Below are positions 18,589-28,681 of a stretch of DNA of 64,000 bases, in pieces. The number at the start of each line of letters is the position of its first letter. The first letter of the stretch is position 1. Under the pieces are notes generated by a model. The model searched no databases. It saw nothing but the letters and a program-made list of their open reading frames with translations, and was not told the DNA's origin. Source of the stretch: Clostridia bacterium (GTDB lineage: Bacteria; Bacillota; Clostridia; Christensenellales; CAG-314); contig JAQVWG010000002.1 of the NCBI GenBank assembly GCA_028698585.1, forward strand, positions 77,799 to 141,798, written 5' to 3'. A program made the translations under genes and the position numbers.

Positions 18589-19866
18589 TTATTTAATTAC
18601 TGCGCAACCAGTCCACTTCTGTAACACTTGTGGTACGTTGACGCTACCGTCAGCATTCTGGAATTGTTCTACTATTGCAGGTATTACACGGCTGGTAGCC
18701 AGTCCACTTCCGTTAAGCGTATGCAGATACCTAGGTTTACCAGTGGCATCATCCCTGTATCGTGTGTTGTTGCGTCTCGCTTGATAGTCGTTACTGTTGG
18801 ATACACTGCTGACTTCCTTGTATATACCCATTGACGGCAACCACACTTCTATATCATAAGTGCGAGCCATTGACGCAGATATGTCTGCACCAGCCAACTT
18901 GCTCACTTGATAATGCAGTCCTAACAGTGTAACTAATCGCTCTGCTTTGGCTACCATTTCTTCAAAAATTGCTTGGGATTGTTCAGGTGTGGCAAAACAT
19001 AACATCTCAACCTTATTGAACTGGTGTCCTCTTATCATTCCACGCTCTTCACTCCTGTAACTGCCTGCTTCCTTGCGATAACATGGGGTGTACGCAAAAA
19101 GTTTAATCGGTAATGATTTCTGCGCAAGCGTCTCGCCACTGTACATATTAACTAGACTTGTTTCGGCAGTGGGTAGCATGAATTGTCCTTTAGTTCTGTC
19201 TTGCTCGCCGTCAATCCAATACACCTCGTCTGTAAACTTGGGGAATTGTCCTGCTCCGAATCCACACTTGTATGTCAGCATGTGTGGTGGCAGTATGAAC
19301 TCATATCCGTCAGCCAAGTGTTGCTCGACGAAGAAGTTAAGTAATGCCCATTCAAGCAATGCACCCTTATTGCGATATATCCAGTAACCATTACCGCCTA
19401 GTTTAACACCTCTTTCGTAGTCAATCATACCAAGTGCGGTGCATAATTCTACGTGATTCTTGGGCGCAAAATCGAATGTGGGTTTACTGCCTATCTGTCG
19501 TAATACTACATTCTGCTCCTTGTCTCCGGCAATAATATCGTCATCTGGCATATTGGGCAACAGCGCGACGGCGTCGAACAATTGTTTTTCCACCTCTGCC
19601 AGATGATTATCTAGTTGTTTAATGTCCACTCCTATTGTAGTAGACTGTTCAATAAGTTCGCTAGCGTCCTGCTTGTTGCGCTTAAGCACGGCAATCTGCT
19701 CACTCGCTTTATTGCGTTGCGCCTTCTTGCTCTCAACCTGTGCAATAATACTCCTGCGAGTCTTGTCTAGTACTATAATATTATCTAAGTCTGCTACGTA
19801 GCCTCTCTTAGATAGAGCGTCAGCCACCTTCTGTTTATCCTCAATAATCATTCTAATATCTAACAT
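18589..19866 (-). CDS. serS: Serine--tRNA ligase
   Basis: N-terminal coiled-coil arm. Class II motifs ..FRSEERGMIRGHQF.KVE.. and C-terminal GSGLATSR. Confidence 0.96.
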   Translation of the reverse strand: MLDIRMIIEDKQKVADALSKRGYVADLDNIIVLDKTRRSIIAQVESKKAQRNKASEQIAVLKRNKQDASELIEQSTTIGVDIKQLDNHLAEVEKQLFDAVALLPNMPDDDIIAGDKEQNVVLRQIGSKPTFDFAPKNHVELCTALGMIDYERGVKLGGNGYWIYRNKGALLEWALLNFFVEQHLADGYEFILPPHMLTYKCGFGAGQFPKFTDEVYWIDGEQDRTKGQFMLPTAETSLVNMYSGETLAQKSLPIKLFAYTPCYRKEAGSYRSEERGMIRGHQFNKVEMLCFATPEQSQAIFEEMVAKAERLVTLLGLHYQVSKLAGADISASMARTYDIEVWLPSMGIYKEVSSVSNSNDYQARRNNTRYRDDATGKPRYLHTLNGSGLATSRVIPAIVEQFQNADGSVNVPQVLQKWTGCAVIK

Positions 19867-19958
19867 AATTGTTACCTCAGTTTGTCCACTATTTATTCCA
19901 CAATTCTAGCACATTAACTTAGATAAAACAAGAAAATATAATTACATTGTCCGTTATG

Positions 19959-19987
19959 TTGACTTAAAAAGTGATTAAGTGTAATAT
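19959..19987 (+). promoter_or_regulatory. Candidate sigma-A promoter of cysS
   Basis: TTGACT (19959-19964), 17-nt spacer, TAATAT (19982-19987). Confidence 0.5.
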
Positions 19988-20020
19988 TGTAATACAATAC
20001 TAACGTTAAAGAGGTTAACA

Positions 20021-21403
20021 ATGCAACTTAGACTATACAATACTCTATCTAGGCAGAAGGAAATATTCATACCCATCAAGCAAGGCCAAGTGTCCATATA
20101 CTCCTGTGGCCCTACAGTATATAAGTACGCTCATGCAGGCAATATGCGTGCATACATTTTCGTTGACAGTTTAGTCAGGGTGCTTAAATACGCTGGTTAT
20201 AAGGTTAAGAGCGTAATGAATATCACCGATGTCGGCCACTTGCAGTCGGACGCAGATGAGGGCGAGGATAAGATGAACAAGTCTGCACAGGAGGAGGACA
20301 AGTCTCCACTAGAGATTGCCAAGTTCTATACAGATGCATTTATGACCGACTTTGCAAGACTTAATATATTAACGCCCACTATTATGCCACGCGCAACGGA
20401 CAATATTCAGCAAATGCAGGAAATAGTTGCAGATTTACTTGCTAAAGGGTATGCATACCAGACTAGTGACGGTATCTACTATGACATCAGCAAGTTTAGT
20501 AATTATGGTAAACTGAGTGGTATCAACCTTGATGAGCAACTGTCTGGCGCTAGAGTAGAGATTAATAGCGAGAAAAGACACCCTGCAGACTTTGCACTCT
20601 GGAAGTCTGCTCAACCTAATCACATTCAACAATGGGACAGTCCGTGGGGGAGAGGCTTTCCCGGCTGGCACATAGAATGCTCTGCTATGAGTAAACGCTA
20701 TCTAGGTGAGGTGTTCGACATTCATACAGGTGGTGTAGATCATATACCCATTCATCACGAGAACGAGATAGCGCAGAGCGAGGCATGGCTGGGCAAGAAG
20801 ACCACCAACTACTGGTTACACAACGAATGGATGTTATACGAGGGTGGCAAGATGAGTAAGTCCACAGGCAACGGATATACCATAGGCGAGCTTATAGATA
20901 TGGGCTATACGCCACTTGCATTTAGATATTTTTGCCTTAATACGCATTACAGACAAAAACTTAATTTTTCCTTCGCCTCATTAGATTCTGCGCAGACAGC
21001 GTATCTTAGACTCTTATCTAATGTCGCGCAACATAAGGCTAGTATGCAGAGGACGAATCAAGGCATAATTGACCAGTATCAACAACAGTTCGAGAGTGCA
21101 ATTGCAGACGACTTGAATATCCCTATGGCACTGGGAGTGCTGTTCAAACTGCTAAGAGAGCCCAAGAGTATCGATATATACAACCTAATATTGGTTATGG
21201 ACAGGGTATTCGGGCTAGGACTAGATAGTGGTAGCGCACCGAAGAAAAGTGTTGTTCTTACCCAACAAGCACAACTATTACTTGAACAGCGTCAGCAAGC
21301 AAGGGCAGACAGAGATTATCAACTAAGCGATAGATTAAGAGATCAATTAGCACAACTTGGATATATTGTAAAGGATACTAAGGAAGGGCAGATAATTCAA
21401 TAA
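20021..21403 (+). CDS. cysS: Cysteine--tRNA ligase
   Basis: YSCGPTVYKYAHAGNMR (HIGH region), GFPGWHIECSAM, and the KMSKS motif GKMSKSTGN. Confidence 0.96.
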   Translation: MQLRLYNTLSRQKEIFIPIKQGQVSIYSCGPTVYKYAHAGNMRAYIFVDSLVRVLKYAGYKVKSVMNITDVGHLQSDADEGEDKMNKSAQEEDKSPLEIAKFYTDAFMTDFARLNILTPTIMPRATDNIQQMQEIVADLLAKGYAYQTSDGIYYDISKFSNYGKLSGINLDEQLSGARVEINSEKRHPADFALWKSAQPNHIQQWDSPWGRGFPGWHIECSAMSKRYLGEVFDIHTGGVDHIPIHHENEIAQSEAWLGKKTTNYWLHNEWMLYEGGKMSKSTGNGYTIGELIDMGYTPLAFRYFCLNTHYRQKLNFSFASLDSAQTAYLRLLSNVAQHKASMQRTNQGIIDQYQQQFESAIADDLNIPMALGVLFKLLREPKSIDIYNLILVMDRVFGLGLDSGSAPKKSVVLTQQAQLLLEQRQQARADRDYQLSDRLRDQLAQLGYIVKDTKEGQIIQ

Positions 21404-21488
21404 TGCTTTTGCGGTATTACTATTAGTTAATCTAAATCACTATTGCGTTGATTCTTGGCAATAGTTGGCTGATAACCTAGGAGATAAT

Positions 21489-22679
21489 ATGAAAATCAAC
21501 TTAACCAGAATAATAGTGGTATTGTTGATAATTGTTTGCTTATTAGTAACGTCTGCATGTACTGTATGTGGCGGTGATAACAACAATACAGATGGTGATA
21601 ATATAGACAACCAGTCTGTACACATATCGCTGGGTGCTAACCACTCGTTTGCAATAGACAGCTAGGGTAACCTGTGGGCATGGGGCAACAATAGCATATA
21701 TCAACTTGGTAATGGTAACAGGCGCAATCAATATAATCCGGTTAAGATTAAGATGGGTACACACTTCGTCAACGTTTGCGCAGGAAATAACCATTCTCTT
21801 GCAATAGACAGCGAGGGTAACCTGTGGGCATGGGGTAATAACAGTATAGGCCAACTGGGTGATGGCACAACGAACAATGTCTATATGCCTAAACAAATAA
21901 TGATAGAAACAACATTTACTTCTATCAGCGCAGGATACTATCATTCTATCGCAATAGACAGTAAAGGCAATCTGTGGTTGTGGGGACGCAACAACTACGG
22001 TCAACTGGGCAACGCCACTACCGATTACAGACTAGAACCTGTCAAGATTATGCAAGATACGCATTTTGACTCAATCAGTGCGGGTGACAATCATTGTTTA
22101 GCAATAGACACTGAGGGCAACCTATGGGCATGGGGATATAATGAATACGGTCAACTGGGCAACGGCACCACTCAAGAGGTATACACTCCGAGCATAATTA
22201 TGGCTGGCACACACTTTAACAGTATCAGCGCGGGCAGACACCACAGTCTAGCAATAGATGTTGATGGTAACCTATGGGCATGGGGAGATAACAGCCTGTA
22301 TCAACTGGGCATTGATACTAGCGACATTCAACTTACACCAGTTAAATTAAGTGTAACTATCACAGAGGATACTAGCGTTACGTTCAGTACAATTAGTGCA
22401 GGCAGACACCACAGTCTAGCAATAGATGTTGATGGTAACCTATGGGCGTGGGGCTATAACCACCGTGGACAGATTGGCAATGGCACCGTCGACATTCAAC
22501 CTACACCGACGCAGATAATGGAGGGGACAACGTTCGGTTATATTAGTGCAGGCGATTTTCACTCTATGGCAATAGATACTGAGGGTAACCTATGGGCATG
22601 GGGTAATAACGGTGCTGGTCAGTTAGGGGACGGTTACATTTACGACAGTTATACCCCTAAACAAGTACATATAGGATAA
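21489..22679 (+). pseudogene. RCC1-repeat lipoprotein gene interrupted by one in-frame TAG (21663-21665)
   Basis: AGGAG RBS precedes the ATG at 21489. Lipobox LLVTSA|C. ORFs 21465-21665 and 21753-22679 share one frame, and the sequence between them still encodes GNLWAWGNNSIYQLGNG. Later repeats read AIDSEGNLWAWG with GAG where this copy has TAG. Confidence 0.8.
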
Positions 22680-22802
22680 TACTGTATTATTATGCATAGA
22701 TAGCTAATGCTCTTGTTGCTGTCAACGTAGTTTCACTGCATATTTAACTAGATACTTGAATACCGACAGTAATTAAATTGAATACTTACATAACTATTCA
22801 CT

Positions 22803-22831
22803 AATTGCGTTACCTATATGGTAACGCAATT
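22803..22831 (+). terminator. Rho-independent terminator
   Basis: AATTGCGTTACC-TATAT-GGTAACGCAATT, a perfect 12-bp stem followed by an AT-rich tail. Confidence 0.7.
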
Positions 22832-22990
22832 ATTATATCTATGTATTTACGACATCATTTTCACGCCCTTTGTTGTGCACGCCTTTATTTGAGCATTATT
22901 CTTACGATATTACTATGGTGTAGATGTAGCAATAATTGACATATGAACGCATAATATAGTTAGAGAATAAGTATGTAGAGGAATTGTGCA

Positions 22991-23242
22991 GTGGATAATG
23001 AGCGTATCAGCATTTATAGTAATAGCATTACCATTAATGGTGTAAGCAACGTGGTGTCAATATTTGACAAAGAAGCAGTGATTAACACAGAGGGTGGACT
23101 AATCGAAGTAGTTGGTCAGGGATTGACTGCCAGTAAACTAGAACTAGACAAGGGATTATTAGTATTATCATTTGAGAGTCTAGTCAATATTAGGCTTGGC
23201 AGAGAGAAGAGGAAACTAAGTCTAAGTAACTTATTCAAATGA
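22991..23242 (+). CDS. yabP: Sporulation protein YabP
   Basis: ITINGVSNVVSIFDKEAVINTEGGLIEVVGQGLTASKLELDKGLL matches the YabP/YqfC pattern. GTG start after AGAGG. Followed by yabQ and a divIC-like gene, as in Bacillus. Confidence 0.8.
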   Translation: MDNERISIYSNSITINGVSNVVSIFDKEAVINTEGGLIEVVGQGLTASKLELDKGLLVLSFESLVNIRLGREKRKLSLSNLFK

Positions 23243-23571
23243 TGTTTAATGTCAACCAAATCTATATATTCTGCACATTCGTACTGGCAGGCATAGTAAT
23301 GGGTGTGTTGTACTCCTTTACTCATTTTGACTGTCGATCACTGCTACGAGTGTTCATTGATGTAGTGTATGGAGTGGTGGTGTGCTCCCTACTGTTCGCC
23401 CTTAATATGATTATCAATTATGGCAGAGCAGACCTATATTGTTTGGTGGGCGTAATTATTGGCATATATTTTTATTGCAAAACATTGAGGTACTATATTG
23501 ACATATTGGTGCTTCGGCTGTATAATATAACAACGAATGGTGTCAGCAAAACAGGGCATGACACAGACTAA
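23239..23571 (+). CDS. yabQ: Spore cortex biosynthesis protein YabQ
   Basis: Small protein with 3-4 TM helices. ATGA overlap with yabP. Conserved synteny. Confidence 0.6.
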   Translation: MMFNVNQIYIFCTFVLAGIVMGVLYSFTHFDCRSLLRVFIDVVYGVVVCSLLFALNMIINYGRADLYCLVGVIIGIYFYCKTLRYYIDILVLRLYNITTNGVSKTGHDTD

Positions 23572-23607
23572 GTGCTTGATTATACGCTCGTTGTAAGGTA
23601 GATAGAG

Positions 23608-23898
23608 ATGAGATTATTTGCCAATAAAAAAGTGTCAATAGTTATTACGCTGTGCATTGCGGTCATACTGATAATGTCTTTTTGGTTGACCACACTATAT
23701 GTACAGAAAACATCATTTATTAAGCAAGTTGACGCGTTGTTGGCGCAGATGCAGAGCAATCAAGAGTTAATTGACAAGTATAATCAAGATACCGAGTATC
23801 GCAACACAGTGGACTACATAATCGACTATGCCGAGCAACAGGGCTGGCTTAAAGATAATCAGAAGCAGTGGATACAGAGTAACCTTAATCACGATTGA
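23608..23898 (+). CDS. divIC: Septum formation initiator (DivIC/FtsB-like)
   Basis: N-terminal TM helix followed by a coiled-coil segment. The call rests on synteny after yabP-yabQ. Confidence 0.45.
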   Translation: MRLFANKKVSIVITLCIAVILIMSFWLTTLYVQKTSFIKQVDALLAQMQSNQELIDKYNQDTEYRNTVDYIIDYAEQQGWLKDNQKQWIQSNLNHD

Positions 23899-24312
23899 GT
23901 CTATATATTACACCAGACATAGACAACTGCTATATAAGCACACTTAGGCGACAGACTTCTGCGCCTTTATTTATTGTCCATAACCGTTATAATTAATGCA
24001 GGTTGTCTAACATGTAACGGTTATGCATAGACTAATACTTGCCTTGACATATGTTGTATATCCTAGTTATTCGCTTAACAGATTGAACATTAACATATTG
24101 TCTAAATGCCCTGATAATAACACACGATTGCTCACCATTCTGCAATAAAGTGCCTGTTGTTCCGTATATAGGGGAGAAGGGAATCGCATAACTATGATGA
24201 GCGCGGTTAAACATTTAGTACAAAACCGTTGAGTTTTTGAGCTAAATGTGGCATAATTAAATGTAATGTAAACTAAAGTGCAGTGAGCACTTAACATGAT
24301 TAGTGAGAGGTA

Positions 24313-25239
24313 ATGATGGCTTTGACGGATGCATTAAACGCGTTTGCGAGCAAAAATAATTTACACGTATTCGGCAATAAAGTGTATGGAACTTACGGCG
24401 ACTATGACGTGAGTCTAATTGTGCGTGGTGATACTTTGATATGTTTTTTTGTTACTCAGGTGGTCGAGGTAAATAACTTCGTAACTAGAATGGAAAAAGA
24501 TAGTAATCAAGTGGGTATAGTCAACTATCGAGTGTTGCCCTCACTTGTGTGTGTTTATGCGCTCAACCTAAACATTAGGCAAGTACTAGACTACGTATGT
24601 GGATGTTTGACCGAGAGTAAATCATCAACGACTCAACTGTGTGCATTCTGTGGCGAGATACTTAAGGAAGAAGACAGGGTGCACTTCTGCGTGGATAACG
24701 TTGTGTATGTTGGACATAATAAATGCTACGAGGAGTTCTGTGGTTATGTCAAACAGCAAACGGATCAACTCAACAGTAAACGCAGCAAACCACTAGCCTC
24801 AGTAATACTACCCACCATTCTATGTATATTGGTTATGGCACTGCTGACTACTTTGATATGGATTATCAACGAGCAGTCGAGCACAACACTATTGCTTGTA
24901 TGTGCATATATTACTGGCTATATTGCTAGCGCTGTGTATGCTTGGCAAGGTGGTAGACGATGTATTGGTCAGTATGTCAGCATTACTATATCTATCGTAA
25001 TTATGTTCATCGTAGCGCAAATTGTTGTGTGTGCATATACGCAAGCAAGTTTACTGCACATAAGTCTGTGGCAAGGCTTAGTAGTGTTCATATCCAAGTT
25101 CGGCGATATGGCATTATTGTGGCCTGCGCTGTCACAGACTGGATTATGCATACTGTTGAGTTTAGTGGGGATGTTACTTCAAGACATGCCCAGCATGAGG
25201 CGTGGGGTGGGTAAGCAGATACTGATTACTAAATTATAA
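24313..25239 (+). CDS. Hypothetical membrane protein with a Cys/His-rich cytoplasmic domain and 4-5 C-terminal TM helices
   Basis: GAGAGG RBS. CAFCG...HFC...HNKCYEEFC cluster, then hydrophobic helices. I recognise no family. Confidence 0.55.
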   Translation: MMALTDALNAFASKNNLHVFGNKVYGTYGDYDVSLIVRGDTLICFFVTQVVEVNNFVTRMEKDSNQVGIVNYRVLPSLVCVYALNLNIRQVLDYVCGCLTESKSSTTQLCAFCGEILKEEDRVHFCVDNVVYVGHNKCYEEFCGYVKQQTDQLNSKRSKPLASVILPTILCILVMALLTTLIWIINEQSSTTLLLVCAYITGYIASAVYAWQGGRRCIGQYVSITISIVIMFIVAQIVVCAYTQASLLHISLWQGLVVFISKFGDMALLWPALSQTGLCILLSLVGMLLQDMPSMRRGVGKQILITKL

Positions 25240-25275
25240 GCTGATTTCAGAATCACTAATAAGGAAGACTAGAAT

Positions 25276-26166
25276 ATGTATGATATAATAATAGTTGGTG
25301 GTGGACCAGCAGGATTGACCGCAGCTATATATGCTCTTCGTGGGGGCGCAAGTGTACTACTGCTTGAAAAGACGCTGATAGGCGGTCAGGCTGCTCGACT
25401 AAACGAGATTACCAACTTTCCCTCTTATTCATCTATCAATGGCTATGAGCTGACAGACAGAATGTTCAATCAGGCGTCTGCGCTAGGACTAACTGTTATG
25501 TATGAGGAGGTTAACGGACTGACTCGTGATGAGGGGTTATTCACCGTTACCACACCTAAAGGGTCATATAGTGCTAAGTCCGTTATAATTGCTACCGGCG
25601 CAACGCACACAACATTAGGCATTGAACAGGACTATATAGGCAAGGGTGCGCACTACTGTGCTACCTGTGACGGATTCTTCTATACTGGTAAGACAGTGGC
25701 GCTAGTGGGAAGTGGCAGAGTGGCGCTAACTGAGGCACTGTACCTATCCAACATTGTTGGCAAACTCTATTTCGTATTCAAAGGTGATGAAAATAAGAGT
25801 AAAGTTTTCCTATCTCCGTTACTAGCAAAAAATAATGTTGAGATAATATATAACTATCTGCCAACCAAGATTGAGGGGCAGACTGTTGAGCGACTAAATC
25901 TTGAGAATGCCAGCGGTGAGCATTTATCTATCGACATCGATGGATTATTCGTCAGCGTGGGTACTACTGCATTGACGGGTTTTGTCGCTAACACAATTGA
26001 CAATAAGAATGGCTCAATTATCGCAAATGGCAGTATGAAGACTAACCTAGATGGAGTGTTCGCTTGTGGCGATTGCCTCAACAAGGAGCTTAAACAGATA
26101 GTAACTGCGTGTAGTGAAGGCGCAACAGCAGGCGAGAGCGCACTCGAATATTTACAGAATCACTAG
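25276..26166 (+). CDS. trxB: Thioredoxin-disulfide reductase
   Basis: FAD motif IIVGGGPAGLTAAIYA, redox centre CATCDG, second dinucleotide fold VALVGSG, C-terminal FACGDC. Confidence 0.93.
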   Translation: MYDIIIVGGGPAGLTAAIYALRGGASVLLLEKTLIGGQAARLNEITNFPSYSSINGYELTDRMFNQASALGLTVMYEEVNGLTRDEGLFTVTTPKGSYSAKSVIIATGATHTTLGIEQDYIGKGAHYCATCDGFFYTGKTVALVGSGRVALTEALYLSNIVGKLYFVFKGDENKSKVFLSPLLAKNNVEIIYNYLPTKIEGQTVERLNLENASGEHLSIDIDGLFVSVGTTALTGFVANTIDNKNGSIIANGSMKTNLDGVFACGDCLNKELKQIVTACSEGATAGESALEYLQNH

Positions 26167-26180
26167 TTAGAGGTGTAGTA

Positions 26181-27290
26181 ATGGAAGGACAGAGAAGCCG
26201 AACATATTATGGTATGGTCAGTGGTATTGTGTCACTAGGATGCAATACAGTGCTTTTTATTTCTAAATTGATTGTGGGTATCATTTTCGGCAGTATGGCG
26301 ACAGTCGCCGACGCCCTTAATAACCTAACGGATTTTGGCACTAATACTGTATCGTTGATTGGGTTTAAGGTATCAAGTATGCCTGCTGATAAAGAGCATC
26401 CATACGGTCACGCACGGGCAGAATACATCAGTGCACTGGTCGTAGCTTTTGTCATACTGTTCCTTGGTATTGAATTGATAATATCAGCAGTTGAGAACAT
26501 AATTACACCCCAGCCTAGCGGTTTTTCGTACATAACGGCAGGTGTGCTACTGGCGTCGATATTGGTCAAACTATTCATGTTCATATTCAATTCTAAATTA
26601 GCCAAACGAATAGATAGTACGGTTTTGCGGGCAACTGCATTCGATAGTCTGTCAGACTGTATCTCTACAGGTGTGGTATTATTATCCTTATTTATTGCTA
26701 AATGGACTAATGTCGACCTCGATTCTTATATGACAATACTGGTTGCTTTGCTCATATTATACGGTGGTTTCCGCATAGTCAAAGAAGCTTTTTCGCAACT
26801 TCTCGGTGAGGCTCCAACGGCAGAGTTCGTGAGCAGTATCAAGAATCGAATCTTATCTTACTCTGGTGTAATTGGCGTACACGACCTTATATGCCATAAC
26901 TATGGAGCAGGCAAAACTATTGCCAGTGTCCATGTAGAGGTAGACGCTAATAAACCAATCATGGAAAGTCATGATATAGTGGATAATATAGAGGCGGATT
27001 TTGCGAGGGAAATGACGTTGGTTATTCATATGGACCCAGTTGTTACCGACAATCCAATGGTACAACAACTCAAGGGTGTGATTGAGCAATTTATACAAGA
27101 GATAGACCAGCCGTTGAGCATACACGACTTTAGAGTGGTTTTCGGCACCACACATCATAATTTGATTTTTGACGTAAGCGTGCCGTACGACTGTAAGTTA
27201 ACGTTCGAACAGATTTTATTATTGCTCAGGCAGAAAGTGGAGCAATACGATCCCATATACAATATAGTTGTAACATTCGACCGAACATAA
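26181..27290 (+). CDS. Cation diffusion facilitator family transporter
   Basis: Six TM helices with metal-site motifs ADALNNLTD and FDSLSDC. C-terminal cytoplasmic domain IGVHDL..H..G. Confidence 0.85.
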   Translation: MEGQRSRTYYGMVSGIVSLGCNTVLFISKLIVGIIFGSMATVADALNNLTDFGTNTVSLIGFKVSSMPADKEHPYGHARAEYISALVVAFVILFLGIELIISAVENIITPQPSGFSYITAGVLLASILVKLFMFIFNSKLAKRIDSTVLRATAFDSLSDCISTGVVLLSLFIAKWTNVDLDSYMTILVALLILYGGFRIVKEAFSQLLGEAPTAEFVSSIKNRILSYSGVIGVHDLICHNYGAGKTIASVHVEVDANKPIMESHDIVDNIEADFAREMTLVIHMDPVVTDNPMVQQLKGVIEQFIQEIDQPLSIHDFRVVFGTTHHNLIFDVSVPYDCKLTFEQILLLLRQKVEQYDPIYNIVVTFDRT

Positions 27291-27313
27291 TACACATAAG
27301 AGGAATATTTACA

Positions 27314-28141
27314 TTGAGCAGAGCAGATAAGATTTATATTGACAACATTAATAACATACTGGTAAACGGTTGCTGGGACACTGATATGGATGTACGCCCT
27401 CGTTGGGCTGACGGCAGTGTAGCCCACTCTGTTAAACTATTCGGCATTGTCAACAGGTATGACTTGAGCGAGGAGTTTCCCATACTGACAATACGCAGAG
27501 CGCCCTTCAAGTTGCCCATAGACGAAATGCTGTGGATATGGAGTAAGAAGAGCAATGACATTAAGCAGTTGGGAAGCAGTGTGTGGAATCAGTGGAAGGA
27601 TGACAATGATACCATAGGCAAGGCTTATGGCTACCAACTGGGGATTAAACACGATTATCCAGAGGGAGCATTCGATCAAGTTGACAGATTGCTCTACGAA
27701 CTGAAGAATAACCCATACAGTCGTCGAATGATAGCCAATATGTTCGTACATAGCGACCTCAATCAAATGAATCTCTACCCATGTGCATACTCATTAACAC
27801 TCAATGTATCTAATGGCACTCTCAATGGTATTCTTAATCAACGCAGTCAGGATATGGCTGTCGCTAACAACTGGAACGTTGTGCAGTATAGTGTACTCAT
27901 GTATATGTTCGCAGCCGTTAATGGGTACAGGGTAGGACAACTGATACACGTTATAGCAGATGCACACATATATGATAGACACCTAGAGCAGATTAAACGA
28001 TTGATAACTCAACCGCAGTTTAATGCACCAACTCTCTTAATGGATAAGCTAGATAACTTTTATGACTATTCAACGGACAATTTTAGGCTGAATGGATACA
28101 TCAATAGTGGCTTTTCGCCCAAGTTCGAAGTCGCCATATAG
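27314..28141 (+). CDS. thyA: Thymidylate synthase (ThyA, B. subtilis ThyA-like form)
   Basis: TTG start after AGAGGA. Motifs NPYSRRMI, active-site LYPCAYS, and RSQDMAVANNWNVVQY. Confidence 0.93.
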   Translation: MSRADKIYIDNINNILVNGCWDTDMDVRPRWADGSVAHSVKLFGIVNRYDLSEEFPILTIRRAPFKLPIDEMLWIWSKKSNDIKQLGSSVWNQWKDDNDTIGKAYGYQLGIKHDYPEGAFDQVDRLLYELKNNPYSRRMIANMFVHSDLNQMNLYPCAYSLTLNVSNGTLNGILNQRSQDMAVANNWNVVQYSVLMYMFAAVNGYRVGQLIHVIADAHIYDRHLEQIKRLITQPQFNAPTLLMDKLDNFYDYSTDNFRLNGYINSGFSPKFEVAI

Positions 28142-28162
28142 TACATATAAAAGGAAATATAT

Positions 28163-28669
28163 ATGAAACTGATTGTAGTAGTAGATGATAACTGGGCAAT
28201 AGGTAAGGGCAATAAACTGTTGTATAACTTGCCCTATGACCTCAAGAATAATTTTCGCAAGGAAACCAAGGGCAAAGTAGTAATTGTTGGGAGTAATACC
28301 CTGCTATCCTTCCCCAATTCTCGTCCTTTGCCACATCGCACCAATATAGTGCTATGTAATACAGGCGAAGTGTTCGCTGACTGCATTATGGCCGACAGTC
28401 TGACAACGCTTAAGGACATAATATGTAATTATGACAAGGATGACGTATTCGTATGTGGCGGTGCAACGGTATATCGATTGTTATTACCTTACTGTGACGG
28501 CGCAATAATAACTAAAGTTAATGCTACCACAATAGACGCGGACAGTTTTTTTCCTAACGTAGATTTATTACCCAACTGGCAGTTACAACGGCAATCATTT
28601 CCCATACAGGATAATGGCTATACCATTACGATTAATCATTATCGAAATGATTCTCCTAAACAACTATAA
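28163..28669 (+). CDS. folA: Dihydrofolate reductase
   Basis: Motifs MKLIVVVDDNWAIGKGNKLLYNLP.D, VIVGSNT and VCGGATVY. Directly downstream of thyA. Confidence 0.9.
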   Translation: MKLIVVVDDNWAIGKGNKLLYNLPYDLKNNFRKETKGKVVIVGSNTLLSFPNSRPLPHRTNIVLCNTGEVFADCIMADSLTTLKDIICNYDKDDVFVCGGATVYRLLLPYCDGAIITKVNATTIDADSFFPNVDLLPNWQLQRQSFPIQDNGYTITINHYRNDSPKQL

Positions 28670-28681
28670 GAAGAGGATTAT

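Noticed and set aside
19867-20020. T-box leaders upstream of serS or cysS.
   Set aside because: The divergent intergenic region is only 154 bp. It holds a good promoter and RBSs but has no room for a 200-300-nt T-box, and I saw no T-box 14-mer-like sequence.
21663-21665. In-frame TAG as pyrrolysine, programmed read-through or a reassigned stop codon.
   Set aside because: TAG ends clearly complete genes in the same window (uvrA at 1642-1644 and the aminotransferase at 39241-39243). No pyl genes are visible. Sister repeats have GAG at this position, so a simple G-to-T nonsense change is the economical explanation.
24032-24297. Minus-strand ORFs 24032-24214 and 24067-24297 downstream of the divIC-like gene.
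   Set aside because: They overlap each other in different frames, have no RBS, and lie in the promoter and leader region of the 24313 gene.
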